In this document: one piece after another, positions 38,987 to 52,140 of the stretch
How the letters are laid out: every line of letters starts with the position of its first letter
Position numbering within the stretch: position 1 is the stretch's first letter
Assembly (NCBI RefSeq): GCF_001194135.2
Contig: NC_068998.1
Span: 7,496,838-7,560,837, forward strand
Length of the DNA: 64,000 nt
Direction of reading: 5' to 3'
Origin: Octopus bimaculoides
Taxonomy: Eukaryota
Position numbers and translations under genes: made by a program
Notes under the pieces: model-generated
Seen by the model: the letters and a program-made list of their open reading frames with translations, nothing else
What the model was told of the DNA's origin: nothing
Database searches by the model: none

Positions 38987-41900
38987 CATCATTATTACTA
39001 TTATTATTGTCGTTGTTGTTATTATTATTATTATTAGTTTTATTATTGTTGTTGTTGTTGTTTCTGTTTTTTGGTCATTTAAATTCTGAATGGCATCAAT
39101 TGGTTTCATTTAGAATGGAGTTCATATAAAAATCTTGAAAGTTTTGCCCTTTTATTAGCTTAAATGAGAAAGAAAAATATATAAAACAATAGAAATTTCT
39201 AAATAAAACTGATCCCCCCACATCAAGCTAACAACAATAACAACAACAACAATAATAATAATACCAAGTAGCAGAATTGATTTCCAAAATAAGCTAAAAA
39301 AAACTTGTTCTTTCCAATAACTGGAAGTAATAAAAATTGTCTTTATTCCTTCTAATGTCTATAAACTCTTGTTATGTTACTTATTTAAATACAATTCTGT
39401 ATATCCTTAGAGTAGCTTCGTTAATTACATTATCCTTTATTTTTATTTTAATTATTTCTTTTTCACCTAAGCCAAATTATCATTAGCTGACTGAAACTTT
39501 AAAGTTACTGTCAACAACATTCTTGTGTCAGAATAATAGATTTGTACTCAACAAAAGTACAGACTAACCCATCAGATTAATGTAAAATTATTTTTATTAT
39601 AGCCGAATATAAAACAAACATTAATATCTATTTTTTTCCCCCTGATCTTGGTCTAATTAATTCACATTCTTTTGGAGAACATTCAAATTTTTCTTTTTGC
39701 TTCAATCTGTTTTTCTTCCTTAATTTTGGTCAAACTCATTCTGTTAACGAATGGTGCATTTAAAGGTGACAAAAGGTTAGGTTTTATTAAGAATATTTGG
39801 TAGCTATTTATTTGTGTGGTTCCATCATACTGCTACATAATGAGTTCTCTGTCAGCTTTGACACTGAACATTCACTTGTTTGATTAAATGCATGACAGAC
39901 ACATTAAATTAAAATGTAAGTGGTTGAGTATTCCACCGATATCCATACCCTAATGTAATCCTAAAGCCAAAATAGTATAACACAATATGTAACAAGACTG
40001 ATCCTTTGAATTGCAATCCAGAATACAATCCAATATGTCTGACTGGATTTCTCACAACTTCTGTCAATGCATTCCTCGTTGCTGCATTCTGAGTTCAAGT
40101 TTTGCTGAGGTCGACTTTGCCTTTCATACTTTTGGGGTTGATAAATTAAGCATCAGTTAAATACTGGGGATCGATGTAATCTATTATATCTCCTTCCCAC
40201 AAATTGATACCCTTGTGATAAAATTTGAAACCATTATTATTATTATTATTGTTATTATTATTATTATCATCTTGTTGTGGAGCGTTCAATTTTATTTAGA
40301 AATTTCTGTTGTTTCAAAATATTTTCCTTATTCCTTTAGCGAATAAAAGGGCAAAACTTTCAAGATTTTTATACGAAATCTATGCTAAATGAAACCAATT
40401 GATATTATTCAGAATCAAAATGACCAAAAAATAAATAAATAAATAAAAAAAGAATGAAAGAAAAAAGAAAGAAAGAAAGAGAGAAAGAAAGAAGGAGAGA
40501 AAGAAAGAAAGAAATACTACCAACAATAAGACATTTTAAAATCAATTTATCCAACAATCGTTTATCTTTTACTTGTTTTATTCATTAGACAGCTGTAATG
40601 TTGGGGCATTGCTTCGGAGAATTTTAGTTTGATAAATCAACTTATGATAAAACGTCAATGTTTTTATTAACTGTGACTAATAACAAATTTCTTAAAGAGG
40701 GAGAAGGAAACGAATTAAGATGTCTGGGTTTCCATGAGTCATCATGCTGTACCTTGTTGTTAACCCTCCGGAAATTTGCAGACCAGATGAAGTTCTGTAA
40801 CATTGATGAGGAAGAAGCATTAGTTATGAATTGAGGGAAAAGGTGCAATGTGATCATCTACCAGCTAACCGGGCAAATTTTTAAGGTGTTTTGTATCGTT
40901 TTTGTTGTTGTTTAGTACTAATTAACCCCACAATTAACCAGATATATAATCAAATGTTATGCATTTTTGGAAAAGTCCTTTGAGCAATTTGTGTGAGAAA
41001 ATAGACAAAACACGTAGTGTAATTTCAATTAATAAATACAAAGAGAAAAGATATTACGCTACTTTACATAGAATGTTTAATGATACAATATTTTGTGAAA
41101 GGTTATCCTTTTCAAATAGAAGGAAAATTATAATCAAAATGTTGGAAGCAATGTTACTGTTGTTGCTCTTTGACCTCAGGTTAACCCTAACAGAGTATGT
41201 ATCAAATGTATTCAAGTCCCATACATCACATCTTTATAATATTTATTCTGTATCTAAGAAAACAGTACCAAATGCATCCTTCCTTTTTTTTAATATAGTG
41301 GAGTGTGAGTTGAAAGATATTTGGATGGTGTATGCAGAGACACCTTTATTGGTCCTTCTTGTAAGCTTCTTCACTCTTGGAGTGAAGCTCTACTTGAAAA
41401 TTTTTTACACTGTTTTTCCCTCTGACAATCAAAATTAATTTCAAAACAAGTTCTTTTTTTTTTTTATGGTGGGCCATTAACATTAATGGCCTGAATTTTT
41501 GCATGGTCTAGTTAACAAAATTTTAATAAAAATGAGACATCACAGATTATCCTTTCTCTCACTTCTTGACAATTTAAGTAACATTATCATTTTTCTTTCC
41601 TTTTAGCTTGTTCAATAAATTTAATCAGTAATAATATCCTTATCTTCATCTTGAGTGTTTTGCAAATGTTAAAAGAAAAAAAGAAAAGGAAGAAAAATAT
41701 ATAATTGATTGTGATTGGAGAATCTTCTGTGGATTAAATAGTAAAATATTTTATGTTGAAAAGTGTTAGACAGTCAATAATGATTCTATTTAAATATTCA
41801 GTCTAAGAATGAGAAGCTGGCGACAACTGATGTCACACGATGGTTGGAGTGCATTGCCTTCACGTCAATATAATCTATTTCTGACACCCTATACTGCTAC

Positions 41901-43099
41901 CAAAGCACTCACACATGCATACACATAACTTATGTGCATGCACACACACTGATACAGACACACACGTGCGTGCCTGTGTGCACACATGCACACAGGCACT
42001 CACACATGCTGCATACTTACACATTTTGGCATTCACTCACACATATAACTTTCTTCTCCCTGACATTGACCCTTTAATAAAGGCAACACTGCAAAAGTAA
42101 ACGGAAAAGAAATCCAAATGATGGTTCTTAGACTCAAAGGATAGACTGATAAATTGTCTGCTGTAACTCAGTCTCTCTTGAAGCTCGAGTATATTTAATA
42201 GAATTCACTCCGCTGTGCATTGGTCTGTGAATGTTCAATCTGAGAATTAGTTTTTGTGTACCTTGCAGGTTTTGTGAGGGCTTTTAATACCATCTTTCTC
42301 TTTTGACTAATTCTAAAATCCCCTAAAATATTAAAAGCATACACAGAATAATATTACTAGTTTTGTTTCTTGTTGCAAACATTTCACTTTGTATATATTG
42401 TAAATCACTTTAAGAAAGGAATCAAAGACATACACATTTTCTTTCTCTTTTAAAAATCTTTGAAGAGCCACTTTATAACGACCAAATCTATTAAATTCAC
42501 TCTAAACTTAAATTTATTTTATGAGATGTCAAACTGCGACTTGGTCACTAACACTGCTCCACCATAACTACTTGGTACGTCTGTTATTGATCAGTTATTA
42601 TGGGCCTAGAAGTTGTTTTATTTTACTTAATTTCTCTCCCATTGAGTTTACAGACAAGGTTTCTCTTATATTCACATACATCAACTTTGACCCATTAACT
42701 TCAGTCACCTGTCGGTCATCATTATTCCTTTCTAAGTTTACATTCTTATGATACTGTGATTCCTCATGAAATAAAATTAAAATGAATTTAACAGCTTATT
42801 GTGCTATTAAATGGTTCTATCATGATATAGTTCTTTAAGTTTCAACACTCACTCACAAAACAAGTCAGTTGCTGGACAAGTACAACGCTGTAATTTTGTA
42901 AATCTGATATCTTCTATTTTGTTGTAACTTGGGAGGATCGTTAAGCCAATATGAAACACAGGCACTGGTTCTTTTTCACTTCTTTTATTACACTGTGTAA
43001 CACGACTTTTGTCCTTGGGTAGCAACTGTTATTTTCTATTTGCTGACCCCTAGAAAGTATGAAAAATGGCTAATATTTCCTTTAGATTTTGCCTTTGAT

Positions 43100-43345
43100 A
43101 CATTCATTCAAACCCCAAAGAATCTCTCCTTAAACAACCCTTATTCAAGGATCATTTGAGCAGGATGGGCTACTCGACCTGAAGAAAATTCTAACTGGGC
43201 CTCACCTGCAAGGTCATGCACTGTTTATCTTTATATGAGATCACCTTGTCGCGCACATATTGTTGTGATGCATGTGCCTGGTGTACCCTTATCAGACGGG
43301 TAGTCATGATGGGTATATTGGGCTTTCTATATTTTACCCCAGTAT
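43100..43345 (+). mobile_element. Interspersed repeat (unclassified retroelement end)
   Basis: TTGTGATGCATGTGCCTGGTGTACCCTTATCA...TCATGATGGGTATATTGGGCTT has an inverted copy at 36188-36256. Confidence 0.65.
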
Positions 43346-43389
43346 CACTTTGATGACATGTACTGCTCTCTCACTCAATGAAAATAATA

Positions 43390-43491
<102 letters not shown>

Positions 43492-44029
43492 TAATTTTCT
43501 TATGGTTTCTTAAACATTCACTAGAACAAAACTGTACAAATCCAAATATATGGTACCCTAGGCATAACACCTACATGAACTTCTAACTTGTTGTCTCTTG
43601 GGGTCTCTGGGTGAGACTTGGATCCAACTTGTACAAATGCAAAACAAAAGTCAAACATAAAATAATAATAATAATTCCTTCTTCTACAAGCAGGGCTGCA
43701 ATTTTGGGGGTTATTCGATTAGATTGCCCCCAATGTTCAACTGGTTTGTATTTTATTGGTCCTGAAAAAAAATGAAAGATAAAATCAACTTCAGTGGATT
43801 TTGATCTCAGAACATGATGAAAAGATTCTGCCAGTTCACCACCGTAACAAGAACAACAACAAAATACAACAATAAATTTTGGCACATAAATTTTGGCACA
43901 TGATAGAGTCAGTTGTAATTGAAGGAATCTCAGTCACTAATCTTTGTGGATTCATTAAAGAGTAGTGACATTCGTGGTCACCTGTATTCTCCCCTGAGGA
44001 CAGTGGCCAGAGAAATACGATGACCAAAT

Positions 44030-44076
<47 letters not shown>

Positions 44077-44795
44077 TACAAACATGCTCACATGGAGATA
44101 TGGCTGCAGCTTATAACTAAGGCTCGAACAGAGAAGTATTATTCCTTAAGCATTTGTAAAATATTTACAGTCTTAGAATCAGATACCTTATTTGCATAAC
44201 CAAAAGCAATAATTTCACTTTAAGGTTTCCAACAGCAACATCATTGTCTTTATCATAAATTCTCTTGTGATATCTATCATCCTGTAATATTTACCAATAT
44301 TTATGACTCAGTCCCATTCCAGCTATAAAATTCAATTAAAAGTCTGCAAATACCATTCTAACTGGGAAGAAACGCAGCACAAATCAATTAAATACTAAGG
44401 TAATTAAATGCACTAACCTGTAACTTTTGACTTGAATGTCTATCTAGGTTATTAAAACAAAGAGAATCTTTTGCAGCAAACGAAAAACGCTCCCATGTGG
44501 GATTTGTATAAGCGAATATATTTAGTGATTGTCAGTTTTACTACAGCTAAATGTTCTGCATCATTGCAGAATGTTTCTCTATGAACTTGCTGTAAAGTGT
44601 AAAATTTATTTACATGAAGTTATAGCATGAATCTAAACCGTTGGAAGCATTTGGCATTTAAAAATAAATTGTGATACCACCGGTTCTAGAAATCGATGTT
44701 TGGTTTGGAATGTTACATTTAGCGGACATGTTATGTAAAGAAATCAGGTAAATAAAGATATACAGACACATTCGCAAAGAAAGACATACATGCAC

Positions 44796-44797
<2 letters not shown>

Positions 44798-44886
<89 letters not shown>
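44798..44886. repeat. Pure (CA)n, about 44 units
   Basis: Read directly from the sequence. Confidence 0.95.
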
Positions 44887-44888
<2 letters not shown>

Positions 44889-46056
44889 CCACACACAGCC
44901 ACACATGGACATAAGTATACATGCGAATATGTATATTGACATAGAGACTAAGATATATATGTACATTTTAATATGAGTGCATCGATATAAGCATGCATAC
45001 ATGTGCACATGCACACATGTAACAGCATGGATCATAGGTGTAAGTACGCATAGGTACACACATGCACGCGAACATCAATACGAATACATCGATAGAAGTA
45101 CACACACACACACACATATTTCAATATGAATACACTAGCATATACATTAATACATGTGCACACAGTTATCAATGCAGATACAGGAATAAATATGCATACA
45201 TATTAGTATCAATGCACACACACACACACACACATACACACACACTAAGATGGATGCAAAGACATAAGTATACATATGTGCACGTGCAAGTATCACCAAG
45301 TATATATAAGAATAAGCACATATATATGCATACATGCACACATTCAGCAAGAAGGATATATAGCAGTAGAGGCATTGATAGGTACACATTTCGACATACA
45401 CAAGATGGTAGATGGTTAGTCACATTTCATACTGGCAGTTAATATTCAGAATAGGTAGATTATAAAGTAGATATAAACGTTTTTAGTATCAACAACTGAG
45501 TCAAAGTTTCACAAACATTAGGTATTTAGCAGCATTAAAAGCCAGTTCCCAAGTGCAGCATGAAAACGAACGGAAGAAACTAAAAGTGGTTTCTTCAGAT
45601 TGCAAAAGACCACTTAAAGTTAATCACGATAATTTTGTGAATATATTTATCTGAAAATGGCATAGATTTATGGGATTATCCTTCCTAAAAAAAGCAAAAA
45701 TGTTTTTGTCTATTGCTTCTTTTTGCAGAACCGATTCCATTTTCCTGAAAGTTTTTCTTGCCCTAAGGATTGGAAAGACAGAGAGGTTTTATAGTGCATA
45801 TGATTTATTCATGAAGAAATATGTTCTTTAAGTTGATCGATGTTGAAATGAAGTGTTTTATAGGAAACTCGAGAATTACGGCTGGAATGTGCTCATCATG
45901 AATGCGTTTGTATGTCATTGTGTTACTTCATGGTCAAGAAATATAACATCTTTTAGAAGGTTATCTCACACTGCTACATATATCACGTTAATATATGCAG
46001 TCTTAAATGTATGATATAATGATTATATTATTAATAATTGTTATTATTATAATTAA

Positions 46057-46296
46057 GGTGGCAAGCTGGCAGAATCATTAGCACGCCGGACAAAATGCTT
46101 AGTGGTAGTTCGTCTGACGAAATGCTTAGTGGTAGTTCGTCTGACGAAATGCTTAGCAGTGCTTCGTCTGACGAAATGCTTAGTGGTAGTTCGTCTGACG
46201 AAATGCTTAGTGGTAGTTCGTTCTGAGTAGAAATTCTGCTGAGGTCGAATTTTGGAGTCAGTAAATTAAGTACCAGTTAAACACTGGGGTCAATGT
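46057..46296 (+). mobile_element. SINE family A copy with an internal 27-bp unit in 5 tandem copies
   Basis: AAATGCTTAGTGGTAGTTCGTCTGACG repeated with an exact 27-nt period, 46093-46220. Confidence 0.9.
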
Positions 46297-47495
46297 CTTT
46301 TAATGTAATTCATGTGAGCCCTTGTGTCCAATAAAAGAATCAATTATCATTATTATTACTATTATTGTCAAGGTGGCTAGCTGGCTGTCACAGTCAGTAG
46401 CTTACTGGAGCAAATACTTCACAGCATTTCTCCTAGCTTTACATTTTGAGTTAAGGTTCTCAAATCTAATATTTTCTTATCCTTCCTTAATATCTAGTTG
46501 TTCTTTTTCAGTTGGTCACAAACTGAATTGCATTTCATGATGCTCTATAACTATTCTCTATCATTAACTATGGTAGATTCTCAGTTTCATGTCACATGTC
46601 CCTGCCAATAAGAACAATTTTGTTGAGTGGCTTTTGGTTTCTATTACAATGCAGAAGCCTGCAAAATACATCTGATATTGGCCTGTTGTGCAACATGATA
46701 GAAGTGACCTGTAAAGACCACTCCACATTGAAGCAACAGTAGCAGAGATGAGATAATTGGAATGTATGCAGAAATCTCTTTGGTTGTGTGCTCTAGACCA
46801 AACACAATATGGCTAGAGGAAATTAACTATGAATTTAATGTAAATCATATTGGATATTATAAATGCCAATTTGAGACAGACAGTGAATAATAATAACAGG
46901 TCAATTCAATTGAGCAAATTATCTTCTTGGAGATAAAAGAGCACAGTTAAAATAGCAGAAATAATTTATAGTATCTAATTAAAGAAGGAATTACAGGTGG
47001 TCTGAGATGTTATTGGGAAAGCAAATCACCAAGTAAAGCCTAATTAGGGAGATTGTGCCCTTAATAGAGACGTGGTTGCTGTCTTAGTAAGTTGTTGCTT
47101 ATAATGTCAATTATTATAGCAAGAGAGGGTGATAAGAGAGAGAAAAAGACAGAGAGAGAGAAAAGGTGTAAGTGATATAATATGTTAGATAAAACCCAGA
47201 GAGAAAAACAAATATCCAAATTATTTCGTTAAGTAGCTTTTATTGGATTAAGATCTGTTATTTTTTGGAGCGAATGTTCTTAGCTGTGAAAAAAGACGAG
47301 TTCCTTTGAAAGAAGAATACTGAGTGAAAATAGTTAAGCTGAATCACATTAGAGAACTGCTAAAATTTTCAGTGCATTTCAACAATTGTAACATGTTTTT
47401 GGTTTGTCTTTGAACACTGTTAATTAAAGACTAATCAATCTTGACAGTACCTGAAACACAAACAGAGTAGTATCAATGTCGTTAAATGATTTATC

Positions 47496-47763
47496 TAATT
47501 ATTCAACACCAACTGGATACAACCTAATTACTCTAAATACAAAGTGGCTAATTGCTGTTCAACATGCAATAGGATTCTTCCATAAATTTCCCAAACATAG
47601 CTCCATCTCTGTAACAGTCAGACAAAGCTGTTCCCTATTGATCACAACTAATTCTTCATACTCCATTCTTCTTAACTCAAAACTGGTTGGAATAAATCAC
47701 TTTCTGAATTTATATCTAAGAGTTTGTTTCCTTTATAAAAGACTGATGTATTTATGGGAAGAA
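47496..47763 (+). repeat. Left arm of long inverted repeat
   Basis: Reverse complement of 48776-49067, including a perfect 43-nt match (47721-47763 vs 48776-48818). Confidence 0.92.
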
Positions 47764-48024
47764 TAAATAACTGTTATTCACCTTCCCACCACAGAAAAAC
47801 AGCATCATTCATATATGAAGAATTACAAATAATTCTCGTTTCTATCTCCTTTAATTTATGATTCAGCTGAGAAGTGCAAATCTGTTTCTTGGTACCCATA
47901 CTTCAAAATATTTTCTTAGATTAAATGACAAATCAGGAATGGGATCCCAGAAACTAAAATTAAAGAAGATATTCCAACCTTCAAGAACAGTTCTTCCTTT
48001 TGGTAAGATGTTATTATTTTGAAT

Positions 48025-48237
48025 TACTCTTTTAGTCTTTCACTTGTTTCAGTCATTTGAATGTGGCCATGCTGGAGCACCACTTTTAGTTGAACTAATC
48101 GACCCCAGGACTTATTCTTTGTAAGCCTGGTACTTATTCTAATGGTCACTTTCACCGAGCCACTAAGCTATGGGGATGTAAACACACCAACACCGGTTGT
48201 CAGGTAATGGTGGGGTGGACAAACACAGACACACAAA

Positions 48238-48298
<61 letters not shown>
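48025..48298 (-). mobile_element. SINE family C, 3' half, within the inverted-repeat spacer
   Basis: CTTGTTTCAGTCATTTGAATGTGGCCATGCTGGAGCACC...GACCCCAGGACTTATTC...GGACAAACACAGACAC followed by (AC)n. Confidence 0.85.
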
Positions 48299-48305
<7 letters not shown>

Positions 48306-48775
48306 GAGAGAGTAGAAAAGAATATAAAGGTCATCTTGCCAGAAAGCTCTGCTTCAAAAAGTCCCATCCAATCCATACTACCATGGAAAAGAGGATTTAG
48401 AAATGGGAAATGATAACAACAACAACACCAGAGATGATATATAAACCTAGAATTGTAAGGGCAATCTAGCAATGACTTAAGTTTTAGTTAGCAGGAAAGA
48501 AGATAAAATTTTACTGCCATGAAGCCAAGTGACCATGGCTGAGATGTAGAAAAGATAAAAGGAGAAATTTCATATAGGATATTTAATGAAAATTATGGAT
48601 GCACAAGTGTTGTATTCAAATCCGAGGTAGGATGATGAGTAAGGTAGAGTTGTAAGTGCCTGATGTGCATGAATAGTTAGTGGTAAATGTACATATAAGA
48701 TAAATACCTTTAAATGCTTGGAAGGCTCTGTAGAAATAGTTTATAGCTTTTTCTGATAGGAACAACGTTTATTTC

Positions 48776-49067
48776 TTCTTCCCATAAATACATCAGTCTT
48801 TTATAAAGGAAACAAACTACGGGATATAAATTTCGGAAGGAGATTTATTCCAACCAGTTTCAAGTTAAGATAAATGCAGTATGAAGAATTAATTGCGATC
48901 ACCATAGTATATCACTTTCGAACGCATAGGGAACAAGTTTGTCTGACTATTTCAGAGATCAACTACATTTGGGAAATTTATGGAAGAATCCTGTTACATG
49001 TGGAAGAGCAATTAGCCACTTTGTATTTAGACTAATTAGGTAATATGCAGTTAGTGTTGAATAATTA
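48776..49067 (-). repeat. Right arm of long inverted repeat
   Basis: Colinear with the left arm in reverse, plus 24 extra nt (48902-48925, CCATAGTATATCACTTTCGAACGC). Confidence 0.92.
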
Positions 49068-49069
49068 CG

Positions 49070-49297
49070 TAAACCTTTTAAAACCAACCTCCCAAAAACT
49101 GTCCTTGGTTCTATGATAGAAACTTCCTGTTTAAAACTAATCTAAATTAAGCCCCTCTATCAAAATTGCATGTTGATTTATGTTCCATACACTAATTTTA
49201 TAATGACAAAGTTAGTTTACTAAACACCTTCATGCTTTTAACATTGATGCAAACACCGACAGTGTATCACAATAGAAATTTAGTAATGAAAATGTTA
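49070..49297 (-). mobile_element. MITE of the 5545-5763 family
   Basis: AACCTTTTAAAACCAACC...TAATGACAAAGTTA...TTTACTAAA is the reverse complement of the family seen at 5545 and 55400. Confidence 0.65.
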
Positions 49298-49720
49298 CAC
49301 CAGTATGTGATTTATGAAGCAGAAGAAATAGATGTCCTGAAAGCATAGTTGCTGGGTAAGGATTTGGTGAAAAAAACTCAGAGTTAGTTTTCTTTTTTAT
49401 GGTCGAATGTCCTTCTAGACACCAACTGATTTAAATGCCTCTTGCATGTAAGGATTCATGCTTCCATGCTCTTTAATAATAATAGTTTTCTTATACAATC
49501 ACAACATCTTTAAATTAGTTTGTAAAGAATCTTATCACTTCAAAAACTCAGTCATGGTCAATCCACCTGTATATAAACTGAAAATAGTTTAATCAACCTC
49601 ATGTTTATGAAAAGCATAATTTTGGCAAAACTCAGTGGGCTGTCAGCTTTTGATGTAAACATATATATATATATATCTAACTATTTATCTGTCTATCTAT
49701 ATATTTGTCTGTCTGTCTGT

Positions 49721-49889
49721 GTGGTTAAAAGCTTGCTTCCCAACCATGTGGGCTTGAGTTCAGTCCCACTGCATGGAAGTTTGAGCTAGTGTCTTCTACT
49801 ATAACCCCAGGTCGACCAAAGCCATGTGAGTGGATTTGGTAGATAGAAACTGAAAAAAGCCTGTTGTCTATCTATGTATCTATCTATCA

Positions 49890-49943
<54 letters not shown>

Positions 49944-50007
49944 AGCAATGGGCTAACCAGGACCTTGTCAGTGGATCTGGTAGATGGAAACTGAAAGAAG
50001 CCCATCG

Positions 50008-50039
<32 letters not shown>

Positions 50040-50144
50040 ATCATGTAAGGGTGTCTTTGTTTCTGTATTTGTCCCTCCATCACTGCTTGACAAATGGTGC
50101 TGATGTGTTTAAGTCCCTGTAACTTAGCAATTCAGCAAAAGAGA
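49721..50144 (+). mobile_element. SINE family C with duplicated core and internal (TATC)n/(TA)n
   Basis: GTGGATTTGGTAGATAGAAACTGAAA (~49830) and GTGGATCTGGTAGATGGAAACTGAAAG (~49970) flank a (TATC)n run; the 3' half runs into an N-gap. Confidence 0.8.
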
Positions 50145-51377
50145 NNNNNNNNNNNNNNNNNNNNNNNNNNNNNNNNNNNNNNNNNNNNNNNNNNNNNNNN
50201 NNNNNNNNNNNNNNNNNNNNNNNNNNNNNNNNNNNNNNNNNNNNNNNNNNNNNNNNNNNNNNNNNNNNNNTATATATATATATTACATGTATGTTATATA
50301 TGTATGTGTGTGCGCATGTGTTGTATGTTTATATGTAAAATAAATATATGGGCATGCATACAAATGCACACACATATACACCCACATACACACATACACA
50401 AACGCCCCCACACACACATAAGGATTATAAACTTAAGTGCATATAAACTCAAGGGAAAAAATAATATGAAGGATTGTCCTATACCTGATATTTGTTTGAG
50501 ATATTCACAATAAAATACTCTCAGCCAAGTAAATCTTCTGTCATCTCTTCGATAAAGTTCAATATATTCTCATGCCTGTTTGCCTTATCATTTCATTCTT
50601 GGCTTATCTATTCTTTAGGTATTTTCCATCGCCCTAACTTTTCACCCATCTTAAATTACAATTTTCTTCAAACACATATATCACTCTTTAAAGACGTCAA
50701 CTCAAACCTTTATCATCTTAATTCCCTTGCACACAAACACCCTGATCAGTTAGTGCTGCATATCCAATATATATTACGATAACCTTATTTATCTCTTTCT
50801 GCTGAAGAGTTTTTATTTCTGCTGCCATATATAAAAATCAGATTTTTTAACCCTTGTGTGTCCATATTTCTTGTGTTCTATACAATCATGAAAAGAAATT
50901 AAAAAAATTTTTTTTATTTATGTTGAGGAAAATAAAGAAAAAATTTTGTAAAACATTCTAAAATATCTAACATTGTTATTATGAAATTGGTGTGCAGACT
51001 TTAAACATGCTGAAACTCTGCTTGTAGTCTAGTTTCCATGGCTGAGGAGAGGATTTCCATCTTCATTTCTCCTTTGTCCTTTTTTTGACAATCATTTCCA
51101 TATCTCATTTTGATTTTCGCACACATATGTATATATACATTATGCATGCATGTATGTATGTGTTTCTTGATATAACTCATTGGGTATTGGAATCTTAATA
51201 ATGAATTTACAAAGGCATCGACCAATCTTTAAAACAATTGGATTTTACTCACAGTATTGGAACCTATATGTATACCATTCTGCCTAAACAATATATTTAC
51301 AAATACAATATCCCTACATTCACTCTCTATTTCCTATCTTAACTAAACTAACTATTGCTTAATCATCCTCTCACACC

Positions 51378-51425
51378 ATCTCCGATGAAGGGATATTATA
51401 AATATCCTGGAAACAGGTGTAAGAC
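51378..51425 (+). ncRNA. Putative minimal type I hammerhead ribozyme (Penelope/retrozyme type), slightly degenerate
   Basis: TCT (stem I) - CCGATGA (core, cf. CUGAUGA) - A GGGATATT/ATA/AATATCCT G (8-bp stem II) - GAAA - C A GG T (near-palindromic stem III) - GTA cleavage triplet (51419-51421) - AGA (stem I'). Confidence 0.65.
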
Positions 51426-52052
51426 ATTCTATTTATAAATGTTCTATATTATACACAGCCTTGGTTTTTTTTTTTTATCTCATTACGGAAAGTAAATCCT
51501 TATATAAACAAAGTCATTGATAAATAGATAAATCCCTATGTCATAAAAATTTTTCTATGTTGTATTACATGAAAAAAATCTGTTTAACATTTGTTTCTGT
51601 TTTTCTTTCGTATTTTATCTGTGAAATGCCTGAATATCATAAACTTCTAGAGTATTGTCCAATTAAAGAAATGATGGAAAATATAATTTTCAAATTATTC
51701 TTTATGTAAAAATATAAATAACCAGCTTGTTCTAAAATCCACTGATGCTGGAGATGGAGAGAGAGAAAGAGAAGGGGGATGGTTAGTGAGTGAGAGAGAG
51801 AGGCAAAGACAGACAAACAGAAAGATGAAGGCAGGAGGGAGAGGGATAAAGGAGGAAGAGATAGAGAGTGAGTGAGAGAGAGAGATAAGGAGAGAAAGTC
51901 AGAGAGAGGGAGAGAGAGAGAAAGAGTGATGGAGTGAGGGAGAGAAAGAGAGAAGAGACAAACAATCAGAAAGAAGACAGAAAGTAGGGAGAGGGGAAAG
52001 GGAGAAAGGGATAGACAGATAGATAGATACAGAGGGAGAGAGAGAGAAAGAA

Positions 52053-52085
<33 letters not shown>

Positions 52086-52095
52086 NNNNNNNNNN

Positions 52096-52140
<45 letters not shown>

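Noticed and set aside
51253-51283. Minus-strand 31-nt segment with TTTAG acceptor and GTGAGT donor
   Set aside because: It is not frame-preserving, has no homology, and lies within the probable pLTR-like repeat upstream of the hammerhead.
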